A stretch of DNA of 64,000 bases from Armatimonadota bacterium (GTDB lineage: Bacteria > Armatimonadota > UBA5829 > DTJY01). How positions within the stretch are numbered: position 1 is the stretch's first letter; each line of letters starts with the position of its first letter. Where the stretch lies: the NCBI GenBank assembly GCA_029907255.1, contig JARYMF010000007.1:105541-169540 (forward strand). Direction: 5' to 3'. The notes beneath the pieces are model-generated. The model was not told where the DNA came from, did no database searches, and saw nothing but the letters and a program-made list of their open reading frames with translations. The position numbers were made by a program, and so were the translations under genes. Below, one piece after another: positions 1 to 10,203 of this stretch.

Positions 1-48
1 AACAGCGGCAAGGTATGGTTCGATGACATTGCGCTCGTGGAGGAGTAG
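1..48 (+). CDS. 3' end of an upstream gene cut by the window edge
   Basis: Frame 1 reads NSGKVWFDDIALVEE* with TAG at 46-48. No start codon lies in the window and the function cannot be assigned. Confidence 0.3.
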   Translation, partial: NSGKVWFDDIALVEE

Positions 49-624
49 GTGGAGCAGGCAAAATTTGACCATGGGCATGAATGTCCGTACGTAGGAAAGG
101 GCGGTCTCAAACTAAAGTTTGCTCTTGATTATTTCGGTATAGATGTAAGCGGATTGATTTGTGCAGACCTTGGGTGCAATGTTGGCGGTTTTACCGATTG
201 TCTGCTTCAGGCTGGTGCCGCTAAAGTATATGCTGTTGATACTTCGTATGGAATTTTAGCATGGAAACTCCGAACCGATGAGCGGGTAATAGTTTGCGAA
301 AGAACAAATGCGCTATTTTGGACGCCAAATGACACATTAAGCCTAGTTGTTAGCGACCTTGGTTGGACAAAACAAGAACAAGCGTTAAGGGCAATTTGCC
401 GAATGATTAAACCCGGCGGTGAAATTCTATCGCTCGTCAAGCCGCAATATGAAGCGCCGAAATCCTGGCTTGTGAAAGGTGTTTTGCCAGAAAAGCACCT
501 ATCTGCGGTTTTGGAACTAGCTCGCTCGAAAATCCCTAGTGAACTTGTTCTACTAGCCGAGGTTCGCTCGCCATACCTCGGCGCAGGCGGAAATATTGAG
601 TATTGGTGGAGATTGAAGAGGTAG
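49..624 (+). CDS. tlyA: TlyA/FtsJ-like SAM-dependent rRNA 2'-O-methyltransferase, short form without an S4 domain
   Basis: GTG start directly after the upstream stop, with GGAGGAG just upstream. GGLKLKFALDYFGIDV and DLGCNVGGFTDCLLQAGAAKVYAVD match the TlyA SAM-binding core. Confidence 0.75.
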   Translation: MEQAKFDHGHECPYVGKGGLKLKFALDYFGIDVSGLICADLGCNVGGFTDCLLQAGAAKVYAVDTSYGILAWKLRTDERVIVCERTNALFWTPNDTLSLVVSDLGWTKQEQALRAICRMIKPGGEILSLVKPQYEAPKSWLVKGVLPEKHLSAVLELARSKIPSELVLLAEVRSPYLGAGGNIEYWWRLKR

Positions 625-735
625 CTGTAATAGTTAGTTGCAAATCTAAATCCCTCTTTGCACTGACTTACCTTATCTTTGAATTATCGCTTTTCGCACA
701 GCACAGAGATGGCAAACCCAGAATATGTTGGTCGT

Positions 736-1440
736 TTAAGGTTTTGCCTCCCTAAGTGCTTTTACAAACCGTTCCGTTATAATCCACGGGCGCGTAATTG
801 CAGTGCCGACTACAACGGCGTATGCACCCGCATCAAGCGCCCTCCGAGCTTGCTCAGGAGTCCATATTTTGCCCTCTGCGATAACAGGAACATTTACTAC
901 CTTGACTAGCTCTTCTATAAGTTGAAAATCAGGATCTGGGGTCTGTCTACTGTAGGGCGTATAGCCGCTGAGAGTTGTTGAAATTAAATCCGCACCTGCC
1001 TCTGCTGCCGCAATTCCTTCTTCAGCTGTAGAAATGTCTGCCATTATAGGAAGGTTAAGTTGCTTAACGCGGCTGATTAGTTCGTCTGCCGATGTATCTC
1101 CTGGATGTGGTCTATTTGTCGCATCTAGGGCGATTATATCGGCGCCAGCAGCTGCAATTTGCTCTGCGGCTTCATAGGTAGGAGTAATGTAAGGTTCGGC
1201 GTCGGGGTAGTGAATTTTGTATATGCCAATTACTGGGAGCCGAACTGCCTCTTTAATTGCTCTAATGTCTACCGGACCATCAGCCCGAATGCCAACGGCG
1301 CCACCCATTTCGGCAGCTTTTGCCATTCCGGCCATGAATTTTGGCCCATGAAGAGGCGTTCCAATGCCTGCTTGGCACGAAACTATCAGTCCGCCTTTTA
1401 GGGATTCAATCACACTTTTGTTGGTTGCTTGCTGATTCAT
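736..1440 (-). CDS. nanE: N-acetylmannosamine-6-phosphate 2-epimerase
   Basis: LKGGLIVSCQA...GAVGIRA...IIALDAT...ISTTLSGYT...VIAEG...VVVGTAITRP is the NanE TIM-barrel pattern. I trimmed the ORF to ATG 1440, which has GGAGGT 4 nt upstream. Confidence 0.85.
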   Translation of the reverse strand: MNQQATNKSVIESLKGGLIVSCQAGIGTPLHGPKFMAGMAKAAEMGGAVGIRADGPVDIRAIKEAVRLPVIGIYKIHYPDAEPYITPTYEAAEQIAAAGADIIALDATNRPHPGDTSADELISRVKQLNLPIMADISTAEEGIAAAEAGADLISTTLSGYTPYSRQTPDPDFQLIEELVKVVNVPVIAEGKIWTPEQARRALDAGAYAVVVGTAITRPWIITERFVKALREAKP

Positions 1441-1631
1441 AATTACCTCCATTTGGAGGTTAAATGTTTGTTGCCTTTTTTCCTTCAAAGTTGGGAAAGC
1501 AAAAACGGCCGCTTTTCGTATTTTTTCTAATACTGCGGCCGCCAGCACAAAAGCCAGAAAATTATTGCATCATATGTTTCGCGCAACTGTTGGCGCTAGT
1601 TAACCCGACCCCTTCCGTGGGATGGGATTTA

Positions 1632-1814
1632 TTAATGTTGACCAAAGCTCATTGCCGCGATAGGACGAGCTTCTAGCTTAACTCCTAAAAGGCTACCTAT
1701 CGAGGGGCTGAGCATTGCGGTAAGGAATGGAGACCATTGAAGGCTCCTGTTGCAAAGATGGCACGTCTCGCGCTCTTTGCTATTTTTCGCACCACACCAG
1801 AAGCATTTTATCAT
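1632..1814 (-). CDS. small (60 aa) zinc-ribbon-like hypothetical protein
   Basis: ATG 1814 is preceded by AAGGAG (1823-1828) with an 8-nt spacer. The sequence CFWCG...CHLC forms a CxxC...CxxC pair. I recognised no family. Confidence 0.3.
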   Translation of the reverse strand: MIKCFWCGAKNSKERETCHLCNRSLQWSPFLTAMLSPSIGSLLGVKLEARPIAAMSFGQH

Positions 1815-2464
1815 TGTACCCGCTCCTTCCAAAATTGCGGGATAGCGCTTAAGTTTTACCCCTAAGCTTGCTCCCTGAAACTCCTTGTATTTTCGAGTAA
1901 CGAGCTTCAGATTATATCCCCACCATTTGCAGTGGAGATGAGGCATTTCCTAGTAATAAAGCTTGCAAAATTCATGCCAGTATTGTTACCAGGTGTAGTG
2001 TTTTGGAAAAACAGGTAAATTTACTAGGTATACACAAGTATACTTACTAAAAGACGCTAATATTCCGCATTCCATTGCCCTTAACTTTGAGTGCAAAAGG
2101 TTACCTCTTTTTGTTATAGCTGGTAGCGGAATCCTTCGGCATTCTCAGAATCAAGCGGCGGCAATCCCCTTGTTACCCCAAGATGATAGGTGTTAAGGCA
2201 GTGCAAACCTCAGTGGAGAGTGTTTACGTGGTGGCACACGCCCACTAGGCATTCTGCAAACGTCTGGCGACTGGCTAACATTGATAAGATAGGAACAAGT
2301 TATCTTGAGTTGCGCTTACCCTTTTGCCGATGGTCAACTCCCACACGTTATGTGATTCATGACTTTTGGTTGATGAATGGTGGGGAGGATTATGCAAGAA
2401 CTTTCTAATTCCTAACAATAGCAGTTTGGGTAAACATTCGATATAATGTTTGTGGTGTGATAGG

Positions 2465-3367
2465 ATGCTGAAATACTTGGATATATCCGAAGAAGTAAGC
2501 ATAGGCTTAAGAAACAATAAGCCCGTGGTAGCGCTGGAATCAACCGTGATTGCGCATGGTCTTCCATATCCATCAAACGTAGAGGCAGCGTTGGCTGTGG
2601 AGTCGGTGATTCGTGCTGCTGGAGCCATTCCTGCTACGATTGCTGTCCTGAACGGCAAACTTCGGGTGGGTCTTAGTGCTGATGAGATTGAGCAAATTGC
2701 AGGAAAGCAAGCCATTAGGAAGCTTGGCACACGTGACTTGCCGCTAGCCATTGCTTTCGGGTGGACCGGCGCGACGACGGTGAGTGCTACTGCTTATATT
2801 GCTGCCCAGGCTGGTATTGATGTGTTTGTTACCGGCGGCATTGGTGGCGTCCATAGGAATGCCAGCCATACTTTTGATGTCTCTTCGGATTTGTGGGAGC
2901 TCACCAAAACAAGTATTATTGTTGTCTGCGCTGGAGCAAAAGTAATCCTTGATTTACCGGCTACTCTCGAATGGCTTGAAACCCACCAAATCCCTGTAGT
3001 CGGGTATCAAACGAGTGAGTTTCCTGCATTTTATACAAAGAGGTCCGGATTGCCTGTTGAAAAGGTGCACACACCTGAAGAAGTAGTTGACATATTTTTG
3101 ACTCAGAGGCGCTTAGGATTTCCAAATGGAATCATCGTTGGTGTGCCTCCTCCAGAGGAGGCTGAATTCGATGCAGAGCAAGTAGTAAATCAGGCACTTG
3201 CCGCCGCCTGCGAGTCGGATATCCGTGGCAAGGAGGTTACACCATGGCTTCTTGCTAGAATTGCTGAGCTTACCAATGGAGCATCAGTTGATGCGAACAT
3301 AAAACTATTGGAGTCTAATGCCCGCGTAGGTGCTCAGATTGCCAAGGCTCTAACTGCTTCTCGCTAA
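2465..3367 (+). CDS. psuG: pseudouridine-5'-phosphate glycosidase
   Basis: PVVALESTVIAHGLPYP, GATTVSAT, FVTGGIGGVHR and VVCAGAKVILD are typical PsuG/YeiN motifs. The start is uncertain (ATG 2465 or TTG 2450). Confidence 0.85.
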   Translation: MLKYLDISEEVSIGLRNNKPVVALESTVIAHGLPYPSNVEAALAVESVIRAAGAIPATIAVLNGKLRVGLSADEIEQIAGKQAIRKLGTRDLPLAIAFGWTGATTVSATAYIAAQAGIDVFVTGGIGGVHRNASHTFDVSSDLWELTKTSIIVVCAGAKVILDLPATLEWLETHQIPVVGYQTSEFPAFYTKRSGLPVEKVHTPEEVVDIFLTQRRLGFPNGIIVGVPPPEEAEFDAEQVVNQALAAACESDIRGKEVTPWLLARIAELTNGASVDANIKLLESNARVGAQIAKALTASR

Positions 3368-3506
3368 GACTTACAGTTCTTAAAGACCTGTATTAACTGA
3401 GCTCAAAATTAGAGACTCACCATGGTAGATTTCTGGGAGATTCATTGCAAAGCAAGAGCTTGATGAGATAGTATACCTTATAATTTCTGAGGAGGAGATG
3501 TGCGTC

Positions 3507-4136
3507 ATGGATTTGTTTGATGCCATTCGAGGTCGTAGAAGCATACGCAAGTTTAAGCCTGATTCAGTGCCCGAAGAAGACATACGACGGATGTTTGAGG
3601 CAGCCACGCTTGCACCGAGTGCAGGCAATAAGCAAATGTGGAAGTTTGTTGCTGTTTTGAATAAGCAAATCCTTAAACGAATGGCTGATGCAGTTCGGAA
3701 AAAGTTAGATGAGTTTGCATCCTTACCAGAAGGGAGTTCTTATAAGGACCAGCTTGAGGCAGCAAAGAAATGGAGTGCTTTTTTTGAAGAAGCCCCCGTC
3801 ACAATCGTTGTTCTTGGCGAGAGATACCGGTCAACAATAGATGAAATTATGGAAAAGCGAGGGGCTAGCCTGTTGGAGATTGACGAGCTTCGACAAAGAC
3901 CGGACATCCAAAGTATTGGAGCCGCAATTCAAAACCTATGTTTGGCTGCTTATGCAATGGGCTATGGGACGTGTTGGATGTCGGCGCCATGCGTGGCAGG
4001 GGCGGAAATCAAGGAAATATTAGGCATAAAGCCGCCATGGGAGGTAATCGCGCTTGTCCCGGTTGGTATTGCGGACGAATTGCCAGCGATGCGCCCTAGA
4101 AAGCCTTTGGAAGAAGTTCTGGAGTTCGTTAGATAG
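3507..4136 (+). CDS. nitroreductase family protein
   Basis: RRSIRKF...APSAGNKQMWKF is the nitroreductase N-terminal signature. GAGGAGGAG lies 9 nt upstream of ATG 3507. Confidence 0.8.
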   Translation: MDLFDAIRGRRSIRKFKPDSVPEEDIRRMFEAATLAPSAGNKQMWKFVAVLNKQILKRMADAVRKKLDEFASLPEGSSYKDQLEAAKKWSAFFEEAPVTIVVLGERYRSTIDEIMEKRGASLLEIDELRQRPDIQSIGAAIQNLCLAAYAMGYGTCWMSAPCVAGAEIKEILGIKPPWEVIALVPVGIADELPAMRPRKPLEEVLEFVR

Positions 4137-5321
4137 ATGGAATGTGAAACTGGTGAGAGCAATCTCGCTCAACTTAAATTATTTGCCAAGCGGGGCATAT
4201 GCGATCTCCGCCTGCTTGCATTTACGGTATTTTGTGTATCTTTTGGTTTTGGAGCATATTTTTCCACCTTCAACAACTTTGCCGTTGAGTCGCTCGGTTT
4301 GACCCCAATTCAACTAGGCAGACTCGAAGCACTTCGAGAAATGCCTGGTTTCCTAATGTTTGCCGTCGCAGCTCTAACAATGCGAGTGGCCGAACCTATT
4401 CTTGCTGGAATCGCGCTTTTATTATTGGCGGTTGGACTCGGGGCATACTATACAGTCGACAACGTTAATTCACTCCTTTTTTATTCGCTGATATGGAGCA
4501 TTGGGTTGCATGCATGGATGCCGCTTCAACCGTCAATGGCTCTAAGTCTGGCTGATGAGCATAGCAAAGGTAAGCGCCTTGGTCAGATGGGCGCAGTTGG
4601 GGCATTTGGTACAATTCTAGGAATGACGTTGGTTCAGCAGCTTGGCGGGCGAATAGGGTATCAGAACATTTTTATTATTGCTGGCATAGTTGTTGCGGCT
4701 GGAGCTTTAGCGGTTTCGTTCATTCGCAGGGACATCGGCCATGCGGAAAAGCCGAGATTTGTTTTTAAGCAACGATATTCCTTGTATTACCTTCTTGTTT
4801 TTCTCGAGGGCTGCCGGAAGCAAGTCTTCATCACATTTGCAATATTTGCCTTAGTGCGAAACTACGGCACACCAGTCAGCGTAGTTGCAACACTTATGAT
4901 AATCAACAATATAGTTAACCTTCTCCTAGCGCCTAGTGTTGGCCGTTTGATTGACAAAATCGGGGAGCGGTGGGTGTTAATGTTCTGTTACACTAGCTTG
5001 ATTCCCGTGTTTGTTGGTTATGCAACGATAAAGATTCCCGCGGTTCTTTATGTCCTTTATTGCCTTGACAATTTATTTTATTTGGGTAGCATTGGCTTGA
5101 ATACCTACCTTCATAAAATCGCAGAACCTGCTGACGTGATGCCAAGTCTGACAATGGGTGTTTCAGTAAATCATGCCGCAGCGGTGGCAGTGCCTTTAAT
5201 TGGTGGCACGCTTTGGTCAAAATTGGGTTATCAAGCTACCTTTTTTGGCGGCGCATTTGTTGTTGCGATTTCGGTGTTGGCAGTACTTAGGATGCGCATA
5301 CCTAAGATGGCCGACGGATAA
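4137..5321 (+). CDS. MFS-type membrane transporter
   Basis: 394 aa with about 12 hydrophobic segments by eye. The ATG directly follows the nitroreductase stop. Substrate is unknown. Confidence 0.65.
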   Translation: MECETGESNLAQLKLFAKRGICDLRLLAFTVFCVSFGFGAYFSTFNNFAVESLGLTPIQLGRLEALREMPGFLMFAVAALTMRVAEPILAGIALLLLAVGLGAYYTVDNVNSLLFYSLIWSIGLHAWMPLQPSMALSLADEHSKGKRLGQMGAVGAFGTILGMTLVQQLGGRIGYQNIFIIAGIVVAAGALAVSFIRRDIGHAEKPRFVFKQRYSLYYLLVFLEGCRKQVFITFAIFALVRNYGTPVSVVATLMIINNIVNLLLAPSVGRLIDKIGERWVLMFCYTSLIPVFVGYATIKIPAVLYVLYCLDNLFYLGSIGLNTYLHKIAEPADVMPSLTMGVSVNHAAAVAVPLIGGTLWSKLGYQATFFGGAFVVAISVLAVLRMRIPKMADG

Positions 5322-5586
5322 TGAGAAAAGGAAATAGAATTAAAGTATCTCAAAGCATTGAGCAACCGACTTTCTAAATATGTACAGCTATTTGACCTAA
5401 ACTTGCACTATTGTCCTGTTTGCCATGCAGATAAAACATCCTTTCTAGTTAACAGTGTTTGTTGAATTAAACGAATGTCTAGCCATTTGCATCTAAAATG
5501 CAGGACAACATCTTTTTCACGACTAACGTATGCTTAGTATTTGACCGCCTCTAAGATTGCTAGTCGGCATCTTGCCAAGGAGGATT

Positions 5587-8409
5587 ATGACATTGAGGTT
5601 ATTCTCACGATTCTTGGTGTTGGTTGCCTCGGTTGTATTATTTTGTCTCACGTGTGCTCTTGCATGGAGCGAAGAAGGTATTTCTTGGCAGGAACTTAAA
5701 GCAAAGCTCGCCGAACGCCAGAAAACCATGAAGACCATGGCCGATACAAATGCCTCCCCAGGGTTCTCACAGTTTAAAGGTAAGTATCTTCGACCGGAGT
5801 ATGCTTCTCAATATCGATCTTTTATAAAGCTGAATCCTCAAACTGGCCTCCTTGAGTATGAGGGAAAGGTAATAAGGCCATTCTTTACCGTCTATAGCCA
5901 GCCTAAACCTGGTGGTGGCTGGATATTAAATATCCCAGATTTAGACTTCGATCTTTTGGAGAAAGATTTCGCTCGAATGAAGCAAGCAGGCATCAATGTT
6001 CAGCCGAGATTTTGGAGCTGGTCGGAGTTGCTGAACCCCGATGGTACATGGCGAAAAGTCAATAAGCAGCCAAAGGGACGAGGTCTGCCTTACTTCAAGT
6101 ATGTTTTCCAAATTTATGATTACTTTCTTGACAGAGCACAAGCCCATGGACTCTATGTAAACATTGAGCCCTCATTTTACTGGGGTTTGGCACCAGAAGT
6201 TATACCGCCCGAATATCGAGGAAAGATACTCCTTTATGATGAGCTTTGGGATGCTTCAGTTGAAGCTTATTCCAAGATACTGAATTATTTTAGCCGTCGA
6301 ACTGTTATTGTTGCAGTGATGATTGGTGAGGAAGATTTGGTTTTCGACCATTGCTTAAGCGAACCAATGATGCTTGAGCGCTTCAAAAGATACCTAAGAA
6401 GGACCTATGGCACTATCTCGAACCTTCAGCGAGTTTGGCGTTGGGGCTATGATTATGATAATCCAAAATTAGAAGAACAGACGGTTGGCGGCAAAAAAGT
6501 ACTTTATCCAATATATCCCTTGGTATCCGGAAAATTCGATTCCTGGAAATCTTTTGACGATGTAAGATTGCCTTTGTTGGATTACTACCGCTCACCAGAT
6601 TCGCCGAATACTTTTATTCAAGATATGCCGACTTATCAAAGGAACCTCCTACAAGACCCAATTTGGATAGACTTCATGCAGATGAAGGAAGAGATACTGA
6701 TTGCGCGCTTAAATCAGCTTGCTGATGCACTGCGCAAGGCAGACCCAAATCATATTCTCTATTACTCGAATCCCTACGACTTTAATCCAGCTTGGCATTT
6801 TCTACACTGCTTTGACAGGGCACGGCTTCGGTTCGACGTGATTGGGGTTGGACAACATGACTCAAGTCTAGATCCCCCCGAAGTCCCTCAATGGGCGACT
6901 TGCAGGGAATATGTCCAGAATGTTGCGTCATATGGACCCTACATCTGTATTGAAAAAGGATTTCCGAGAGGTTTTGCATGCGGCGAAGGCGAGGGTGGTA
7001 GAACTCGCGATGGTACCGCAAAATACTATCCGTGGTGGTTGACGGATATCGTTGGAGGAGGCGGCGCATTCTTCCAAAGCTACCATTGGAACCACATTGC
7101 CGGTAGGTCTACTGAGAAACCAACGGATTATGATTCAAAAACACTCGATGCAATTCAGAATTTTCTAGCTGAGATAAAAAATGTTCCATTTAGTTTCAAT
7201 CGAAATGCCGAAGTGCTCATACTTCGCAATAAGCATGCAGCCTATGGGATGAGTGCAGGTTACGACTACGGCAACGCGCGTTACCTTGCTAGCATCCTCC
7301 ATCAGTTGCATATCCCCTTTGATATCTTGCCCGATTCAGACATAACCCCTGGTTCATTTGAAGAAGGGAAGGTCAATCTCAGTAAATATCGATTTATTTT
7401 TGTTCCATGCCAATACCAATTGCTTCCCAGTCGAACATGGCAAATGCTGTTTGATTGGTTAACTGACCCCCGCTATGCCGGACGGCGTGGTCTTTGTCTG
7501 GGATGGTTTGGCGATCTAGATTGCTATTTTAATCCAATAAAGCCGGAGGAGGTTCATCCTGCCTTTGGTGCCCTGACAGGAACGCATGGGTATAGTTCGA
7601 GGGTTTCAGCGTCGGGAAAGTTGTGCCTTAGGTATGCAAGATTTTTTGGCTCGGCGGCTCGAGGAGATGAACTTGAAATCTTGTTACCGCAAGACGCTGA
7701 AATTGGCTATTTTGACGCGAATAAAGTGAGCGCCGAACCAATAGTAACTTTGGGCGAAAACGAAAAAGCTGTCGTCGTCCGCAATGTGGTAAATGGCAAT
7801 TCAATATACACGTGCGGTTTTCCATTGGGCATCGCATATGACCCGGTATGGGGTGCGGAAAAGGAACAGACACCAAACAATGCCCTGCTATTGCTCTATC
7901 AGGGAATGATGAGCCTTGTTGATGTGAAGCCAACGCTCAGCGCGCCAGACAACCTGGGTGTATATGTCTCGGATGACAGGTCAGCAATTTTGCTAAAAGA
8001 GCGATTTGGCAGAAAAACCGAAGTTGTCCTTAAATTAAATGATACATCGGGCAATATATACCAAGGTACTACAACAGCATTCAGCCCAAATGGTGAAGCA
8101 GAGATTAGGGATTTTACTATCGAGCCATATGGGGTTAAAGTGCTTCGCAAAGTAGCAGCAGTTCGAGCGCCAGGCGTATCTATAGTCTGCAAGCCCACTT
8201 CTGAAGGTGGATTGGAATGTGAATTAATTGGCGTGGGAAAAGTTGAAGTTTTGTTCGAATTGAAACCAATGACAATTTATAGTGTTAGGGAAAACGGAGA
8301 GCTGTCTATGGTTTTTACTGCTGATGGTTTGGGACGTCAAGCTATCGCATTTAATCTCGGCAATGGCACAAAACCACTTCATGTTTCAGTCAAACCCAGC
8401 CAACGATAG
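5587..8409 (+). CDS. secreted glycoside-hydrolase-like protein (GH42/clan GH-A-like TIM barrel plus C-terminal beta domains)
   Basis: AAGGAGG precedes ATG 5587 and the N-terminus looks like a signal peptide (FLVLVASVVLFCLTCALAW). FARMKQAGINV...FWSWSELLNPDGTW resembles the GH42/GH5 N-terminal barrel. The family assignment is not verified. Confidence 0.5.
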   Translation: MTLRLFSRFLVLVASVVLFCLTCALAWSEEGISWQELKAKLAERQKTMKTMADTNASPGFSQFKGKYLRPEYASQYRSFIKLNPQTGLLEYEGKVIRPFFTVYSQPKPGGGWILNIPDLDFDLLEKDFARMKQAGINVQPRFWSWSELLNPDGTWRKVNKQPKGRGLPYFKYVFQIYDYFLDRAQAHGLYVNIEPSFYWGLAPEVIPPEYRGKILLYDELWDASVEAYSKILNYFSRRTVIVAVMIGEEDLVFDHCLSEPMMLERFKRYLRRTYGTISNLQRVWRWGYDYDNPKLEEQTVGGKKVLYPIYPLVSGKFDSWKSFDDVRLPLLDYYRSPDSPNTFIQDMPTYQRNLLQDPIWIDFMQMKEEILIARLNQLADALRKADPNHILYYSNPYDFNPAWHFLHCFDRARLRFDVIGVGQHDSSLDPPEVPQWATCREYVQNVASYGPYICIEKGFPRGFACGEGEGGRTRDGTAKYYPWWLTDIVGGGGAFFQSYHWNHIAGRSTEKPTDYDSKTLDAIQNFLAEIKNVPFSFNRNAEVLILRNKHAAYGMSAGYDYGNARYLASILHQLHIPFDILPDSDITPGSFEEGKVNLSKYRFIFVPCQYQLLPSRTWQMLFDWLTDPRYAGRRGLCLGWFGDLDCYFNPIKPEEVHPAFGALTGTHGYSSRVSASGKLCLRYARFFGSAARGDELEILLPQDAEIGYFDANKVSAEPIVTLGENEKAVVVRNVVNGNSIYTCGFPLGIAYDPVWGAEKEQTPNNALLLLYQGMMSLVDVKPTLSAPDNLGVYVSDDRSAILLKERFGRKTEVVLKLNDTSGNIYQGTTTAFSPNGEAEIRDFTIEPYGVKVLRKVAAVRAPGVSIVCKPTSEGGLECELIGVGKVEVLFELKPMTIYSVRENGELSMVFTADGLGRQAIAFNLGNGTKPLHVSVKPSQR

Positions 8410-8416
8410 GCTCCCC

Positions 8417-9112
8417 CTACATCAACCCGCGTTCTTTGAGACTAACCCATCTTCCATCACCAATAATGAGATGGTCAAGAACTTCGATGCCTACGAAATC
8501 GCCAGCTTGCACGAGTCTTTTAGTTACGTTTATATCTTCCTGGCTAGGAGTTGGGTCGCCTGATGGGTGATTGTGAGCAACGATTATAGACTTGCTGTTA
8601 TAGGAAATTGCCTTCTTGAATAATTCGACTGGTGTGATGATGCTGGCATTCAGGCTTCCGATAGTAATAGTGCGTATCCTCAGAACCTCCCCTTTTGTAT
8701 TAAGGAATATGGCTTTGAAACATTCTTGGGGATAATCTCGAAGTTCTGGCATAAGAACCTCTGCAGCATCTTGTGGAGACCGAATTGCTATGCGTGTCTC
8801 GCCCGAAGCGGTTGCCAGGCGCTTTCCTAATTCCACCATCGCTTGAATCTGAGCCGCTTTGGCTGTTCCAAGCCCTTTGATTTTGCTTAGTTCCTCAATG
8901 CTTGCTGTAGCAATTCCTTTGAGGCTTCCGAATCGGCTCAGCATATGCTCTGCAAGTCCAATGGCGGAGTAGTCGGCTGTTCCAACTCTGAGGATAATTG
9001 CTAGAAGTTCGGCATTCGACAAGACTTCCGGCCCGTACTTTACTAGGCGTTCCCTAGGCCTCTCATCTACGGGAAGGTCCTTAATTGTAATATTATATTT
9101 GGGTTCACCCAT
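8417..9112 (-). CDS. radC: RadC-family JAMM-motif protein
   Basis: PRERL...LSNAELLAIILRVGT plus a HhH region plus the C-terminal HNHPSGDPTPSQED JAMM motif. ATG 9112 has GGAG 8 nt upstream. Confidence 0.85.
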   Translation of the reverse strand: MGEPKYNITIKDLPVDERPRERLVKYGPEVLSNAELLAIILRVGTADYSAIGLAEHMLSRFGSLKGIATASIEELSKIKGLGTAKAAQIQAMVELGKRLATASGETRIAIRSPQDAAEVLMPELRDYPQECFKAIFLNTKGEVLRIRTITIGSLNASIITPVELFKKAISYNSKSIIVAHNHPSGDPTPSQEDINVTKRLVQAGDFVGIEVLDHLIIGDGRWVSLKERGLM

Positions 9113-9232
9113 CGCCAAATCTCCAGAAACTGGACAATACTATCAGAGTTCTAAACAATGGTCAAGTGTCTTAATCGTTTGACAACCAGGGTTTTTAATG
9201 GCTATAATACCGCAAGTTTGGGAGGTAGTATC

Positions 9233-10156
9233 ATGAAAGTAAGCATTATTGGTGGTGCTGGCCGAGTTGGATCAAACACAGCCTATGCTTTGCAAATCGG
9301 TGGTTTGGTAAAAGAAATAGCGATTGTTGATGTGGCAGAGGATGTTGCAAAAGGAGAAGCGCTCGATTTGCGCCACGGTGCATCTGTTGCAGGCTCGCAA
9401 AAAATTTATTCGGGTGGATATGAGGTTGTAGGCGGCTCAGAGATAATAATTATTACCGCGGGCCTCCGACGAAAACCCGAGGAAAGTCGGTTGGAACTAA
9501 TTAATCGAAACGTGGTTTTGTTTAAAAATATCTTAGGAGAAATACAAAAGGTCGACCTGCTGCCAAATACAATCGTGCTTGTCGTTTCAAACCCCGTGGA
9601 TATCCTGACATACTTAGCTGTAAACACGCTCCAACTGCCTGCAAATCAGGTTATCGGCTTGGGAACGGTATTAGATACAATACGCTTCCGCTCGCTTCTC
9701 GCCGAGCATTTTGGCGTGGATCCAACTAATGTGAATGCTTTGATTCTTGGCGAACATGGCGACAGCATGGTACCCATATGGAGTTCGGCTACAATTAACG
9801 GTGTTCCTTTGAGAAGTTTTCCCACCTATAACACAAAAGCTGTAAAAGCCATTTTTGAGTATACGAAGAAAAGCGGTGCTGAAGTAATACGATTAAAAGG
9901 TGGGGCAGGTTATGCAGTTGGTTTAGCTGTCAAAACTGTTATTGACGCAATAATTCTAGATAAGAAAGCAGTATTGCCTGTCTCGTCGCTGATGCAGGGA
10001 TTTATGGGTATTAACAATGTGTGCTTCAGTGTTCCCACTATCATTGGCCGAGGCGGAGCGGAAAAGCAAATAGAGATTAGTCTAACAAAGTCTGAGGCAG
10101 CAGCCTTAAGCCGGTCCGCGGATGTTCTTAAGGAAACGCTGAAGCAACTTTCCTAG
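9233..10156 (+). CDS. mdh: malate dehydrogenase (LDH-like type)
   Basis: MKVSIIGGAGRVG Rossmann start and the LDH/MDH family along its full length. Arg sits in the loop GLRRKPEESR where LDHs carry Gln. GGAGG lies upstream of ATG 9233. Confidence 0.75.
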   Translation: MKVSIIGGAGRVGSNTAYALQIGGLVKEIAIVDVAEDVAKGEALDLRHGASVAGSQKIYSGGYEVVGGSEIIIITAGLRRKPEESRLELINRNVVLFKNILGEIQKVDLLPNTIVLVVSNPVDILTYLAVNTLQLPANQVIGLGTVLDTIRFRSLLAEHFGVDPTNVNALILGEHGDSMVPIWSSATINGVPLRSFPTYNTKAVKAIFEYTKKSGAEVIRLKGGAGYAVGLAVKTVIDAIILDKKAVLPVSSLMQGFMGINNVCFSVPTIIGRGGAEKQIEISLTKSEAAALSRSADVLKETLKQLS

Positions 10157-10203
10157 TGGGTTTGGAATTCTAGAAACCCTGTCTACCAGGAGGTGCAAAG
10201 AAA

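Noticed and set aside
2275-2751. 158-aa minus-strand ORF overlapping the psuG start
   Set aside because: It overlaps a confidently identified plus-strand gene, has no family resemblance and has no RBS.
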